The notes below the pieces were generated by a model. The model saw only the letters and a list, made by a program, of their open reading frames with translations, ran no database searches and was not told the origin of the DNA. From the NCBI GenBank assembly GCA_946186345.1, contig CAMHMV010000006.1, positions 30,521 to 94,520 of the forward strand: a DNA stretch of 64,000 bases, written 5' to 3'. The translations under genes were made by a program, and so were the position numbers. The stretch comes from an uncultured Prevotellaceae bacterium. GTDB lineage: Bacteria > Bacteroidota > Bacteroidia > Bacteroidales > Muribaculaceae. This document shows, piece by piece, positions 41,626 to 51,270 of the stretch (the stretch's first letter is position 1; every line of letters begins with the position of its first letter).

Positions 41626-42450
41626 ATGGAATATAAGACCTTGAACAATGGATTGCAGATGCCGATGGTGGGCCTCGGTGTCTATGATATCCCTGAGAGG
41701 GAAACACAGCGGGTTGTGGAAGACGCCATATCTGTTGGCTACAGGAGTATCGACACGGCAGCCATGTACTACAACGAGAGAGGGGTGGGGGATGCTGTGC
41801 GGGCTTGTGCTGTGCCCCGTGAGGAGCTGTTTATCACAACGAAGATATGCGATTCCTGCTATACCAGGGATGAAACGCTGCGCTCGGTAGATCATTCCAT
41901 GCGGCAGCTTGGCCTGGACTATGTGGACCTGATGCTGATTCACTGGCCTGTGGGGAAGCCTGCTGTCATGTGGCACACGCTTGAGGAACTCTATGGGCAA
42001 GGCATGTTCAAAGCGATCGGTGTATCGAATTTCTATCCCAACACCTTCCCGATGATTGTGAAGGGTGCCCGAGCCATGCCTGTTGTGAACCAGTGCGAGA
42101 CGCATGTGCTCTATCAGCAGCGGGGAATGATGGAATACTTGCAGCCCTACAACGTAGCCCTGGAAGCCTGGAGTCCGTTGGCCGAGGGTAAGCATGGCAT
42201 TTTCAAGAATCCGGTTCTCAGGAGCATCGGCGAGAAATATGGAAAGACCGCCGCCCAGATTGCCTTGAAGTTCTTGGTCCAGAACGGCGTCATCATTATC
42301 CCCAAGACTACCCACAAGGAGCGGATGATAGAGAATATTGACCTCTTTGACTTTATGCTGACCGAGGGTGACCTACGTGAGATACGTCGTCTCGATACAG
42401 GCAGGAATGTCACCGGTTGGCCGTCGGATGCCCTCAAGTATAATCCCTAG
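41626..42450 (+). CDS. Aldo/keto reductase (2,5-DKG reductase-like)
   Basis: GYRSIDTAAMY, FITTK, DLMLIHWP, IGVSNF, IIPK. Confidence 0.93.
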   Translation: MEYKTLNNGLQMPMVGLGVYDIPERETQRVVEDAISVGYRSIDTAAMYYNERGVGDAVRACAVPREELFITTKICDSCYTRDETLRSVDHSMRQLGLDYVDLMLIHWPVGKPAVMWHTLEELYGQGMFKAIGVSNFYPNTFPMIVKGARAMPVVNQCETHVLYQQRGMMEYLQPYNVALEAWSPLAEGKHGIFKNPVLRSIGEKYGKTAAQIALKFLVQNGVIIIPKTTHKERMIENIDLFDFMLTEGDLREIRRLDTGRNVTGWPSDALKYNP

Positions 42451-42499
42451 AAATAATACTTAAGGCTGTTTCATAATTGCCATTCGTTAATATGACCGA

Positions 42500-42652
42500 C
42501 TGTTGCAAAACTAATGCCCCAAAAGATAATCGCGCTACGCGCGAGAAATTAAGCAAAATTATAAATTAAAATTTTATAATTTATTTGGTTAATTTGGCTT
42601 CGCCGAGCTAAAGGTTCCCGCCCAACGGGCGGTTATAATTCCGTCACATTGA
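42500..42652 (+). mobile_element. MITE-like element, copy lacking a clear right end
   Basis: CTGTTGCAAAACTAATGCC...ATAATCGCGCTACGCGCGAGAAATTAAGCAAAATTATAAAT...AATTTGGCTTCGCCGAGCTAAAGGTTC shared with 48911-49109. Confidence 0.7.
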
Positions 42653-42787
42653 ATTAATCATCCCGTAATCATGTCCGTGCTATGCAGGGAATAAGTTCTC
42701 TCTATCTGGTCATGAAAAAACGGAGGGGGGAGCAGGACTGTGGCAGTCTGCTCCCCCCTTCGTGATGTGGTGATGATGGGCTAATCG

Positions 42788-43300
42788 TTATAATGCGTAG
42801 AATGGCATTTCTTTTCCATTATCAATCTGGAGGGTGAGTTCCTTGTTGGTGAGCTTGACGATCTTCATTTTGTGCATCTTGGGCATGCCGTTAAGCATTG
42901 TATTTTTGAATTCGCCTTTCAAACCATTGAGTTCGTTCCTGATTTGCTTGTCCATCTTGGCCTTGGTCTTAGCGTCCATGCCCTTGATTTCATAGTCAAA
43001 ATCCACCTCGGCCTGGCCTTTGTTAAGGTCTATTGTCAGGTCTTTGTCATTCAGGGTGTAGGTTCCGGGAACGCTCACACTGCCCGTGATGGTGATGGGC
43101 ACACCATCCTCTTTCATCTGATGCTCGGCACCGACGAGGAGTTCACAGGTTCCGTTTTTATCAAAGGCCAAAGCCACGAGCACGTCTTTGCCGTCGTCAT
43201 CGGCAAGTTTTGTACCCCATTGATGGGCAGTCAGGCTCTGGGCATTCATCACGAACGCTGACACAAGCATCAGCATCAAGGTAAACAATGTCTTTTTCAT
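42788..43300 (-). CDS. Secreted hypothetical protein (lipocalin-like beta fold possible)
   Basis: Signal peptide ending MNA; downstream hairpin at ~42722-42762. Confidence 0.75.
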   Translation of the reverse strand: MKKTLFTLMLMLVSAFVMNAQSLTAHQWGTKLADDDGKDVLVALAFDKNGTCELLVGAEHQMKEDGVPITITGSVSVPGTYTLNDKDLTIDLNKGQAEVDFDYEIKGMDAKTKAKMDKQIRNELNGLKGEFKNTMLNGMPKMHKMKIVKLTNKELTLQIDNGKEMPFYAL

Positions 43301-43525
43301 AATCTAAATGAATTGGTGTGAGTTGATATGATTAAATGAATTGAAAACCAATAAGATAGAGGCTGTTGTATGGCAGCCCATGACAACGGCGCCGCTATGA
43401 TTGTTGCCACAAGGTTAGACAAATTAATCCAATAAATGCTAAAAAACAGCATAATTTCTCATGAAATTGGTCGCTAAGCGAAAAATCGCTATCTTTGCCC
43501 CATTGAGAAAGATAAATCGAGAATC

Positions 43526-43903
43526 ATGAAGTATTTTGTCATTTCATCCGCGTTAATCGTCTTGCTCCTGTGCTCATGCAATAGGAACAAAACCGACTTG
43601 ACGCAACATGCTGACGTAACGGCAGCGATGGCCTACGAGGGGGTCAACAACTATTGCCATAGCCAATATGACTGGAGTGTCGCCGAAGAAAACCCTTCGA
43701 TGATGTATGTCACGATGGGGGATTCTGCAGAATCTGAATACAAGGTGATATTCCGCAGTTACACGGGCGCCATTGTCAACTTCTATGTCGATAAAGCAAG
43801 CGGCAATACGCGTATGGTGGAGTCAGTCCCCGCTCTTGATGTCGATACCGTCACCGGCACAATCAACCTCTTGGATTACATAGGCAAGAAACCAACACGT
43901 TAA
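43526..43903 (+). CDS. Hypothetical lipoprotein
   Basis: Lipobox LCSC; TATCTTTG box upstream. Confidence 0.75.
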   Translation: MKYFVISSALIVLLLCSCNRNKTDLTQHADVTAAMAYEGVNNYCHSQYDWSVAEENPSMMYVTMGDSAESEYKVIFRSYTGAIVNFYVDKASGNTRMVESVPALDVDTVTGTINLLDYIGKKPTR

Positions 43904-44007
43904 GGCACAGAATTGCCCCGATGGGCATCAATTGATTGAATTGGAAGCACATCCCCAACTAACCTGTGGCCAGCTGGGGATGTGTCAAATCATGTGCTGC
44001 ACCATCT

Positions 44008-47000
44008 TTACATCGTTAAGATGATGCTGATGAGAGTTACAACATCCGATATATTGATCTGTCCATCATTATTGATGTCATAAGAATAGCTCTCGTTGCT
44101 TGATGAGCCTAATATTTTCTCGATGAGACGTGAAACGTCGGCAATATTAGTGGTGCCATCGCCATTGACATCATGGATGATTGGCATTTCCTCGATGAAA
44201 TTGATTTTGTTCCAGTCGGGTGTTGACTGATAAACTTCCACCAACCCCGCAGGAACATATAGTGTGGCCTTGGAGCAATTGTAGAAAGGATTCTTTCCTG
44301 TCGTGAATACGTTGGTAATATAGGATTTGATGGAAGTCAGCCCTGTGCAACTCTGAAATGCATAATTAGCGATACTGGTAAGGCTGGAAGGAAGACTGAC
44401 GGAGGTCAAGCTTTTGCAACCAGCGAATGCGTCAACACCTATCGTAGTCACTCCGTTGGAAATGGTGATGGAGGCCAATTTCTCACACTTATAAAATGTG
44501 TTATTATTGATTATGGTCACACCCGAAGGAATGTTGACAGTTTCCAATTTTGAACATTCAAGAAAAGCCGCATTACCAATACTGGTCACACTGGGCGGAA
44601 TCGTTACGGCTGTCAAACTCTTACACTCGCGGAATGCGTTATTGGCAATACTTGTCAAGCTATTGGGCAGGGAAATGGTAGTCACACCGCTGCATTTATA
44701 GAAAGCAGAGTTGCCGATGGTGGTCACCCCCTCGGGAATGTGAATAGAGGTCAATCCTGTACAATTATAGAATGCATAATCGCCAATGGCCTTTATACCA
44801 TCAGGAATCACTGTACCGGCACTTCCGGTAACCAATGTGTTGGTCGCCGTTTCAATAATGGCAGTGTTGTAGCCATCGGACTCGTAATAATTGTTTCCGG
44901 CCTCCACGACAATACTTTGCAGGTTAGGACAATCGTAAAAAGGATTTCCATCAATGGACGAGACCGAGTTGGGTATCGTAATTGAAGTCAAACCAGTGCA
45001 GCTCGCGAATGCAGCAGAGCCGATGTGGGTCACACTTGACGGAATTGTTATAGTAGTCAAGCCTGTACCGCTGAAAGCCGTGCTCCCGATGCTGGTGACT
45101 CTGGATGGGATGGTGAAAGAAGTCAATCCTGAACAGCCGCTGAAAGTTCCATTACTAACGCTTGTCATGTTTGCCAAAAAATTGACCGATGTCAATCCGG
45201 TACAATCGGCAAAGACACCATTCCCCATGCTTGTCACACTGGACGGAACTGTGACTGCGGTAACAGCACTACAGTCGCAAAACGCTCTTTCGCCAATCTC
45301 TGTAACACCCTCTGAAATCATGATGGAAGTCACATTGGAACAGTGTGCGAATGCATATTTCTCGATGCAGGTTACCGATCCGGGAATCTGAATGGACTCC
45401 AATCCTATGCAAGACCAAAAAGCATACGTAGCAATGGTAACAACACCGTCGGGAATGACACTGCGGCTTCCTCCGGCAATCAGCTTGTTGGTTGCCGTCT
45501 CGATCAGCGCATGGCAGTCGTTTCTGGAATCATAGACTGGATTTCCGCTTTCCACACTCACGTCTTTCAGCTGATCGTTGCTATAAAACACCTCGTTCCC
45601 GATGGATGTCACGCTTTTGGGTATAGTGACATGTTGCAGACTGTGGCAACCATAAAATGCACGGGTCCCGATAGACTGGAGGCTAGTGGGAAGAGTGATA
45701 AACTCAAGCCCCTGACAAAATATAAATTCACTGCTATTTAACGATGTCAATCCCGTGAAATACTGCAGTTCTTCAAACGATGTGATGCTATGATTGTATT
45801 TGAAAAGTCCGTCCAGACTTGTCACGGCGGCTGCCTCCTGCTTGCTCAAGGCGCCATCGCCGTTCACGTCCCAGCGCTGGGCGCACAATTCACGGACTTC
45901 ATCACAGGCAAAGGTGATAATGTCTCCCTCTTGTTCGGGCACACCCTCGGTCAAATGGGCAGCATCGGCGTAAATCGATATCGTGACAAACTTGTCAGGG
46001 TTGCCGTTGATTCGCCATTTATCGGATCCTGAAGGTCTGCTTATCGGCACCAGGGTGTAAGCCCCCGGAGTCAACGTGGATTCCAATGCCATCGACACGC
46101 TCAGGCCTCTGGACGCTCCAGGTGCCAGTTCGCTGAAGGTGCTGACAGGCGAAACAACAGCCTGCAGCTTTCCCAATTTATATAGACCTACGGCCTGCTC
46201 AAAAGTGCCGGTTTCCTCGGTGAGGTTGGTCACCGTCATCTCAAATGAGACGGGAATCGTCGTGAGGGAAGAGAGACCGTCAACGAGGTCGCTGCTCGTC
46301 AGCGACAATGTAGAAGTGGTCAGGCGCGGGAAGGATCCGTTGGGTACGATGCCCAGAATAGCTGTCTGCCCTGCGGAATACCCACCCATGGTACGCTCGC
46401 CAGCATAGGTGGCCGTGAGCTTGAAATTACCGTTGTTTGTTCCGTTCCATCCCCAATTGATGTGAACATATCCATTCCCGTCATGCCCGTCAACGACATA
46501 GGCATGTGATCCGCCGAAATAGAGAATAGGGAGCCCTTTCCCGAGGTCTTCATAGATCAACGTCTCCCATTCCGCATTGGTATAGTCATACCGTTCTTCC
46601 AGTCTCATGTCATCGGCATAATCAAAATAGTTGACCAATGCTGGAATTACATCATTATCAGAAGCTCCTGAAGCGAGGGCATATTCCATTTCTACCGATA
46701 CGCCGCAATAGAGCATCAAGTTGGCCACAGCCTGTCTTTGGACATCGGTGGCTTGGCTGCCAAAGTTGTGATAGCTATCTAGCATATTGTCCCAATCGAT
46801 GGGAGAACCTTTAGGAATGCCTTCTACTCTTTCTCCTCCAGGCAAATAGTAGGCAGGAATGGCTTTTACGACTTCCCTGGTGGAGTGATTGCGGTGGTAA
46901 TACATCACCTGGGCCATGGCGGTGGCAACGCATCCTGTGACGCATCTTTGATCAGTGGACTGGTATAGTGGACAGTTGTCGTTATAGGGTTCATTTTGGC

Positions 47001-47457
47001 TCCATGTCGTCGTCAACATGGGTTCCACGGCGGGGTAGGAGGGGCTTGACTTTGGCTGCCCAGCTTTGGGACGCTTTGAACCGTAGTCTATCTGTTCGGC
47101 ATAGAAATCTAGCATGTACTTCATTCCGTCAGGAATGTTTTCCGTGTCGAAATGGCCCTCTTTGCAGTAGCCGAGAATTTCATAGGCACAGTCGTCTCCC
47201 GATGCGATCACAAATCCGTTGTCATCCCCGATGTTGAACACATAGTAAGGAACCTCATTCGATGCGTCACTTCCCTTAAACGCCGGAACTTGCCTCATTG
47301 TGACATTCTTCACATTGATACCTCGTTTCTGGAGGAACTCATTGGCGTTCTGAAGGGCCTGTTGACGAGTAATCGGGTTGGCTTGAACAGTCTGGATAGA
47401 CAAAAAAATCCCCATGATCACCAACAGGAATAGTCTTGATGGTAGTTTTCTTTTCAT
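44008..47457 (-). CDS. C10 (streptopain/interpain) cysteine peptidase with propeptide, BspA-type LRRs and C-terminal dockerin-like domain
   Basis: YYVFN...GFVIASGDD propeptide; TGCVATAMAQ, HAYVVDG, INWGW; many IP.SVT.IG..AF..C repeats; DVNGDG..NIADV / DINNDGQINISDV. Confidence 0.9.
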   Translation of the reverse strand: MKRKLPSRLFLLVIMGIFLSIQTVQANPITRQQALQNANEFLQKRGINVKNVTMRQVPAFKGSDASNEVPYYVFNIGDDNGFVIASGDDCAYEILGYCKEGHFDTENIPDGMKYMLDFYAEQIDYGSKRPKAGQPKSSPSYPAVEPMLTTTWSQNEPYNDNCPLYQSTDQRCVTGCVATAMAQVMYYHRNHSTREVVKAIPAYYLPGGERVEGIPKGSPIDWDNMLDSYHNFGSQATDVQRQAVANLMLYCGVSVEMEYALASGASDNDVIPALVNYFDYADDMRLEERYDYTNAEWETLIYEDLGKGLPILYFGGSHAYVVDGHDGNGYVHINWGWNGTNNGNFKLTATYAGERTMGGYSAGQTAILGIVPNGSFPRLTTSTLSLTSSDLVDGLSSLTTIPVSFEMTVTNLTEETGTFEQAVGLYKLGKLQAVVSPVSTFSELAPGASRGLSVSMALESTLTPGAYTLVPISRPSGSDKWRINGNPDKFVTISIYADAAHLTEGVPEQEGDIITFACDEVRELCAQRWDVNGDGALSKQEAAAVTSLDGLFKYNHSITSFEELQYFTGLTSLNSSEFIFCQGLEFITLPTSLQSIGTRAFYGCHSLQHVTIPKSVTSIGNEVFYSNDQLKDVSVESGNPVYDSRNDCHALIETATNKLIAGGSRSVIPDGVVTIATYAFWSCIGLESIQIPGSVTCIEKYAFAHCSNVTSIMISEGVTEIGERAFCDCSAVTAVTVPSSVTSMGNGVFADCTGLTSVNFLANMTSVSNGTFSGCSGLTSFTIPSRVTSIGSTAFSGTGLTTITIPSSVTHIGSAAFASCTGLTSITIPNSVSSIDGNPFYDCPNLQSIVVEAGNNYYESDGYNTAIIETATNTLVTGSAGTVIPDGIKAIGDYAFYNCTGLTSIHIPEGVTTIGNSAFYKCSGVTTISLPNSLTSIANNAFRECKSLTAVTIPPSVTSIGNAAFLECSKLETVNIPSGVTIINNNTFYKCEKLASITISNGVTTIGVDAFAGCKSLTSVSLPSSLTSIANYAFQSCTGLTSIKSYITNVFTTGKNPFYNCSKATLYVPAGLVEVYQSTPDWNKINFIEEMPIIHDVNGDGTTNIADVSRLIEKILGSSSNESYSYDINNDGQINISDVVTLISIILTM

Positions 47458-47707
47458 AATGATTAGCTATGAGATTTGATGGTGAAACGTGTTGAACTTG
47501 CAAATATATACTATTTCTTTGTGAACTACAACAATCGGGAGAGAATTATTAGTGTTTTGGAATCATTAAAGAGGCATAAAACTTTTTTTGATACACGATG
47601 TGGCAATTCCCGTTCAAAATGCTTCAGTTGCAATGATATCGTCTTGAATGATTGCAGATGTTTCGCGAGAAATTGCTAACTTTGCCCATTGTAATAAATT
47701 TGTATTT

Positions 47708-48355
47708 ATGGAAATCAAGAACAGGCCTAATCCGAAAGAGGCTTTCCCGAATCCTAACATCCCAAGCCTTTGCTTCATCAAGAACGTGGTGAAGAACCCG
47801 CGTATCATCATCGGCGACTATACCTATTACGATGACGTGGATGGTGCCGACCAGTTTGAGAAGCATGTCACCCATTTTTACGACTTCATCGGTGACCGGC
47901 TGATTATCGGCAAATTCTGCGCCATTGCTAAGGGTGTGGAGTTTGTCATGAATGGTGCCAATCACAGGATGAACGGTGTGACCACTTATCCGTTCTATGT
48001 CATCGGTAGAGATTGGGGCAGTGCCATTGCTCCCGTGAAAGATGAATTGCCGCTGAAGGGAGATACCGTTGTAGGCAATGACGTGTGGATTGGGCAGCAT
48101 GTCACCATCATGCCTGGCGTGCACATTGGCGACGGAGCCATTATCGGTGCTAGCTCGGTGGTGGCTTCGGATATTCCTCCATACGCTGTCGCCGTGGGTA
48201 ATCCTTGCCGTGTGGTCAGGATGCGTTTTGACGACGAATTCATCGCCTATCTGCTGCAGCTGAAATGGTGGGATTGGGACATCGAGAAGATTGAGGCCAA
48301 TTTTGAGGCCTTGTCCAGTGGTGACCTGTCGTTGATCAAGAAGATTAATCAGTGA
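47708..48355 (+). CDS. vat: Vat/CatB-type hexapeptide xenobiotic O-acetyltransferase (streptogramin A acetyltransferase-like)
   Basis: IIGDYTYYDD, LIIGKFCAIA, MNGANH, TYPF, KGDTVVGNDVWIG, WWDW. Confidence 0.8.
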   Translation: MEIKNRPNPKEAFPNPNIPSLCFIKNVVKNPRIIIGDYTYYDDVDGADQFEKHVTHFYDFIGDRLIIGKFCAIAKGVEFVMNGANHRMNGVTTYPFYVIGRDWGSAIAPVKDELPLKGDTVVGNDVWIGQHVTIMPGVHIGDGAIIGASSVVASDIPPYAVAVGNPCRVVRMRFDDEFIAYLLQLKWWDWDIEKIEANFEALSSGDLSLIKKINQ

Positions 48356-48370
48356 CTTAAAATAAATACA

Positions 48371-48895
48371 ATGGAAACAGGAATCAGACTTATCAGGCTC
48401 ACTGAGGAGCGAACCATCTCCTTTAAGGAGGAAATGCAGGAGGCATTCGAGTATGGCTTCCAGGGCCATGTTAAAGAAGATGACGAAAACCAATGGCAGG
48501 TGTTGCCCGATGGGGACTTCTACCAGGCTTTGCAGGCTGGGGGCGCCGAAGCCTACGAGGCTGTCGATGGCGACGGCGAGCGCGTGGGCGGTGCCATCAT
48601 CAACATCGACTGCGCTAACCATCATGGAGAATTGTCGTTCCTCTATGTGAAGGTCGGCGCGCAGGGCAAGGGCATCGGCCAAGCCATCTGGAGGACCATT
48701 GAGGCGATGCATCCCGAGGTTGAGGTGTGGGAGACCTGCACCCCCTATTTCGACCGCCGCAACATCCACTTCTATATCAACTGCTGCGGCTTCCATGCCA
48801 TCGAGTTTTTCAACGCCTACCATCGCGACCCGAACATGCCTGAGCAGTTCGATCCCAGCGACGGCTTGTTCGTGTTCGAGAAACGCATGAAATAA
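48371..48895 (+). CDS. GNAT N-acetyltransferase
   Basis: QGKGIG; TPYFDRRNIHFYINCCGF. Confidence 0.88.
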   Translation: METGIRLIRLTEERTISFKEEMQEAFEYGFQGHVKEDDENQWQVLPDGDFYQALQAGGAEAYEAVDGDGERVGGAIINIDCANHHGELSFLYVKVGAQGKGIGQAIWRTIEAMHPEVEVWETCTPYFDRRNIHFYINCCGFHAIEFFNAYHRDPNMPEQFDPSDGLFVFEKRMK

Positions 48896-48910
48896 CCTCT
48901 AACTTGTAGA

Positions 48911-49109
48911 GACGCTGTTGCAAAACTAATGCCTCAAATAATAATCGCGCTACGCGCGAGAAATTAAGCAAAATTATAAATAAAATTATAATAAAATTTA
49001 TTTTGTTGAATTTTTATACAAATTTTGTTTAATTTGGCTTCGCCGAGCTAAAGGTTCTCGGCCGATAGGCCGATTAAAATTGCGTCAAATGAAGTCTTGC
49101 AACACCCTC
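48911..49109 (+). mobile_element. MITE-like element (~200 bp) with 17-bp imperfect terminal inverted repeats
   Basis: Left GACGCTGTTGCAAAACT versus reverse complement of right GAGGGTGTTGCAAGACT, 14/17 match; no ORF; related copies at 42500 and 27359. Confidence 0.75.
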
Positions 49110-49146
49110 CAACCGCAAGGCGTTATCAAAATAAACTCATTTCAAT

Positions 49147-49632
49147 ATGACAGAATTCAGACCCATGCGCCGCAATAGGCAGCAGTTATCCAGAGAAGAA
49201 TGTGAACGCATCCTCGGCCGTTGCACCTCGGGTGTGCTTGCGCTGGCGGGCGACGGCGGCTATCCTTACGCCGTGCCGCTCAGCTATGTCTATGTCGATG
49301 GAGCGATCATTTTCCATTCGGCAGTGGAGGGGCACAAGGTTGATGCCATCAAGCGAGACAACCGCTGCTCATTCTGTGTCATCGAGCAGGACGAAATCAA
49401 GCCTGCCGAGTTCACAACCTACTTCAGGAGCGTCATCGCCTTCGGTCGCATCCACATCCTGGAGACTGCCGACGAGAAGGTGCAAGCCTTGCGCCTCCTG
49501 GGCCGCCGATACTCACCTGGTGACGAGCCCGGCCTCCAACACGAGATTGACAAATCCCTGGACCACGTCCTGATCCTCCGCCTCGACATCGACCACCTCT
49601 CCGGCAAACAAGCCATCGAACTGGCCCGATGA
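49147..49632 (+). CDS. nim: Nim-family (5-nitroimidazole resistance-like) PNPOx-fold protein
   Basis: FRPMRR.RQ.L, GYPYAVP.SY, FHSA..GHK.DAI, SFCV.EQDE.KPAEFTTYFRSVI.FG, GK.AIEL as recalled for Bacteroides Nim proteins. Confidence 0.75.
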   Translation: MTEFRPMRRNRQQLSREECERILGRCTSGVLALAGDGGYPYAVPLSYVYVDGAIIFHSAVEGHKVDAIKRDNRCSFCVIEQDEIKPAEFTTYFRSVIAFGRIHILETADEKVQALRLLGRRYSPGDEPGLQHEIDKSLDHVLILRLDIDHLSGKQAIELAR

Positions 49633-49775
49633 CTATTCAGGGATGTTGTAGTTGGCGGCAGCTTGGCTAAGTTGGTTGTGCATGAAGGTAACGGCTACCT
49701 GTGGCGATAGAATCTTCACGCCGGCACCATAGCTCATAAAGACGGAATACATCTCAAAATTGATGACGACCTCGA
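49633..49775 (-). pseudogene. 3' remnant of a WYL/WCX-domain regulator gene
   Basis: VVINFEMYSVFMSYGAGVKILSP....M...L..AAANY* resembles a WCX C-terminus; no 5' part. Confidence 0.6.
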
Positions 49776-49869
49776 CTTTCCCAACCTCTCTTTTTTCGGC
49801 AAGTTCGTCAGGGAGCACTTGGGCATGTCCCCGACCGAGTACCGTCAACAGAACCTGAAAGAAGGGTAA
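49771..49869 (+). pseudogene. 3' remnant of an AraC-family regulator gene
   Basis: LDFPNLSFFGKFVREHLGMSPTEYR is the AraC second-HTH signature; no 5' part. Confidence 0.75.
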
Positions 49870-50114
49870 TGACCATCCCTGCTTCGGGACTAGAGGCGGG
49901 AAGAAAATTGCCATCCAGCGGCCTGGTGTTGAAAACAATGGTGGTGGTTTTACTTATATTTCATAGGAATTTACTTCATTTGCAGCGGGAATTAGATAAG
50001 TTGTCAATTGTGATGCTACGGTGTCAGCATCTGATTGTTACAGCGTAAACCAAACAGAGTCAGCTGATTAATTTCGGTTTATTTTTTATAAAACATTAAC
50101 TAATCTTTATTATT

Positions 50115-50981
50115 ATGAACAAATTCAACAAGTTTATCATTGCCACCCTCTTTGTTGTATCTGGCGCAATGACGGTATTTGCAGGTCAAGACGAGTAAAA
50201 CGGTAATGCCTATTTCACCCAGGCTGAGTTGCCCAACATGGTGAATTTCCTGCCGCCTCCTCCCGAATTTGAGTCATCCCGCTTTGCTGCCGACCAGACG
50301 CAGTACCTCTGGGGAATCCGTATGCGTCAGAACCAGGAGCGCGCTGAAATGGCCATCCGTGATGCCGTTTATGGAATGCAAACCATCATTCAGGAGTTCT
50401 GCCCCATTCTGGGCCTCGAAATCACTAAGGAAGGTACGCCCGAGTTGTACACCCTCTTGCAGGACGTAGGAGCCACTTGCGACAGTATCAGTAACCGCGC
50501 GAAGGAGAAGTATATGCGCACTCGCCCCTTCGTATACTACAATCAGCCGACCCTCGTGCCTGAGCAGGAAGAGGAGCATATCACCAATGGCTCTTACCCC
50601 TCGGGACACACCGTTCTCGGCTGGACGATGGCTCTGTTGATGTCGGACATTAACCCCGCTGTTGCCGACGCACTGCTGGCTCGTGGCTATGAGTATGGCC
50701 AGAGCCGTGTCATTGCCGGATATCACTGGCAGAGCGACGTGGATGCAGGTCGCCTGGGCGCATCGGTGCTTTATGCTAAATTGCAGGGCAACGAACGTTT
50801 CCGCGACCAGTTGGCAAAGGCCCAGCAGGAATTCAGGGAGAAGACCGAGGGTCCCAGCAAGGTGAAAGAGGTCATCGCCCCCGTCGGCACCTCTAGGGCT
50901 TACACCATCACCGGTCTTCCCGCCACAAGCGAAACACGCGGCATCATCATCCAAGACGGAAAAAAGACGCTCAGACCGTAA
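50115..50981 (+). pseudogene. Class A acid phosphatase (PAP2/PhoN-like) with an in-frame TAA at codon 28
   Basis: MNKFNKFIIATLFVVSGAMTVFAGQDE*NGNAYFTQAELPNM...; motifs K.KY.RTRP, SYPSGH, SRVIAGYHWQSDV; C-terminal YTITG...GIIIQDGKK resembles a T9SS CTD. Confidence 0.8.
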
Positions 50982-51002
50982 GAGATCAACCCCATCTGGA
51001 TT

Positions 51003-51041
51003 ATCATAAAAAGCCATCCTTCGGGGTGGCTTTTTTATGAT
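51003..51041 (+). terminator. Intrinsic terminator after the phosphatase gene
   Basis: ATCATAAAAAGCCATCC-TTCG-GGGTGGCTTTTTTATGAT. Confidence 0.85.
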
Positions 51042-51184
51042 GCAATGATATCGCTGCCAGCCACGAGCTTGCAGGGCTGATGCTAATGAAACGGCTGTTG
51101 GTGCTCACTTCTATATCGTTTGCTTTAACAAAGTATAACACACATCGTTTTTAAGATTAGCGAAGTAAAACGTATTTTTGTCAT

Positions 51185-51270
51185 TTATTCGGACCGCGTG
51201 CCCGTCAACAGAACCTGTGGTAAAGCCGACAACGGTCTGGAATGCGGAACCTCGGGCTCGCCGTGAATAG
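51185..51270 (+). promoter_or_regulatory. Structured 5' leader of the NRPS gene (candidate cis-regulatory RNA)
   Basis: Follows TATTTTTG box at 51173-51180; GC-rich island in AT-rich intergenic DNA with several complementary segments. Confidence 0.45.

Noticed and set aside
49633-49938. 101-aa ORF as a real gene
   Set aside because: Chimera of the antisense of an AraC remnant and a WYL-like tail
51077-51092. CTGATG...GAAAC resembling a hammerhead ribozyme core
   Set aside because: Reads CUGAUGC rather than CUGAnGA, has no stem II, and I found no convincing stems I and III
51218-51245. Resemblance of the NRPS leader to FMN (AGCCGAC...GUCUGGA) or c-di-AMP riboswitch fragments
   Set aside because: Only short pieces match; the other conserved halves and overall length are missing
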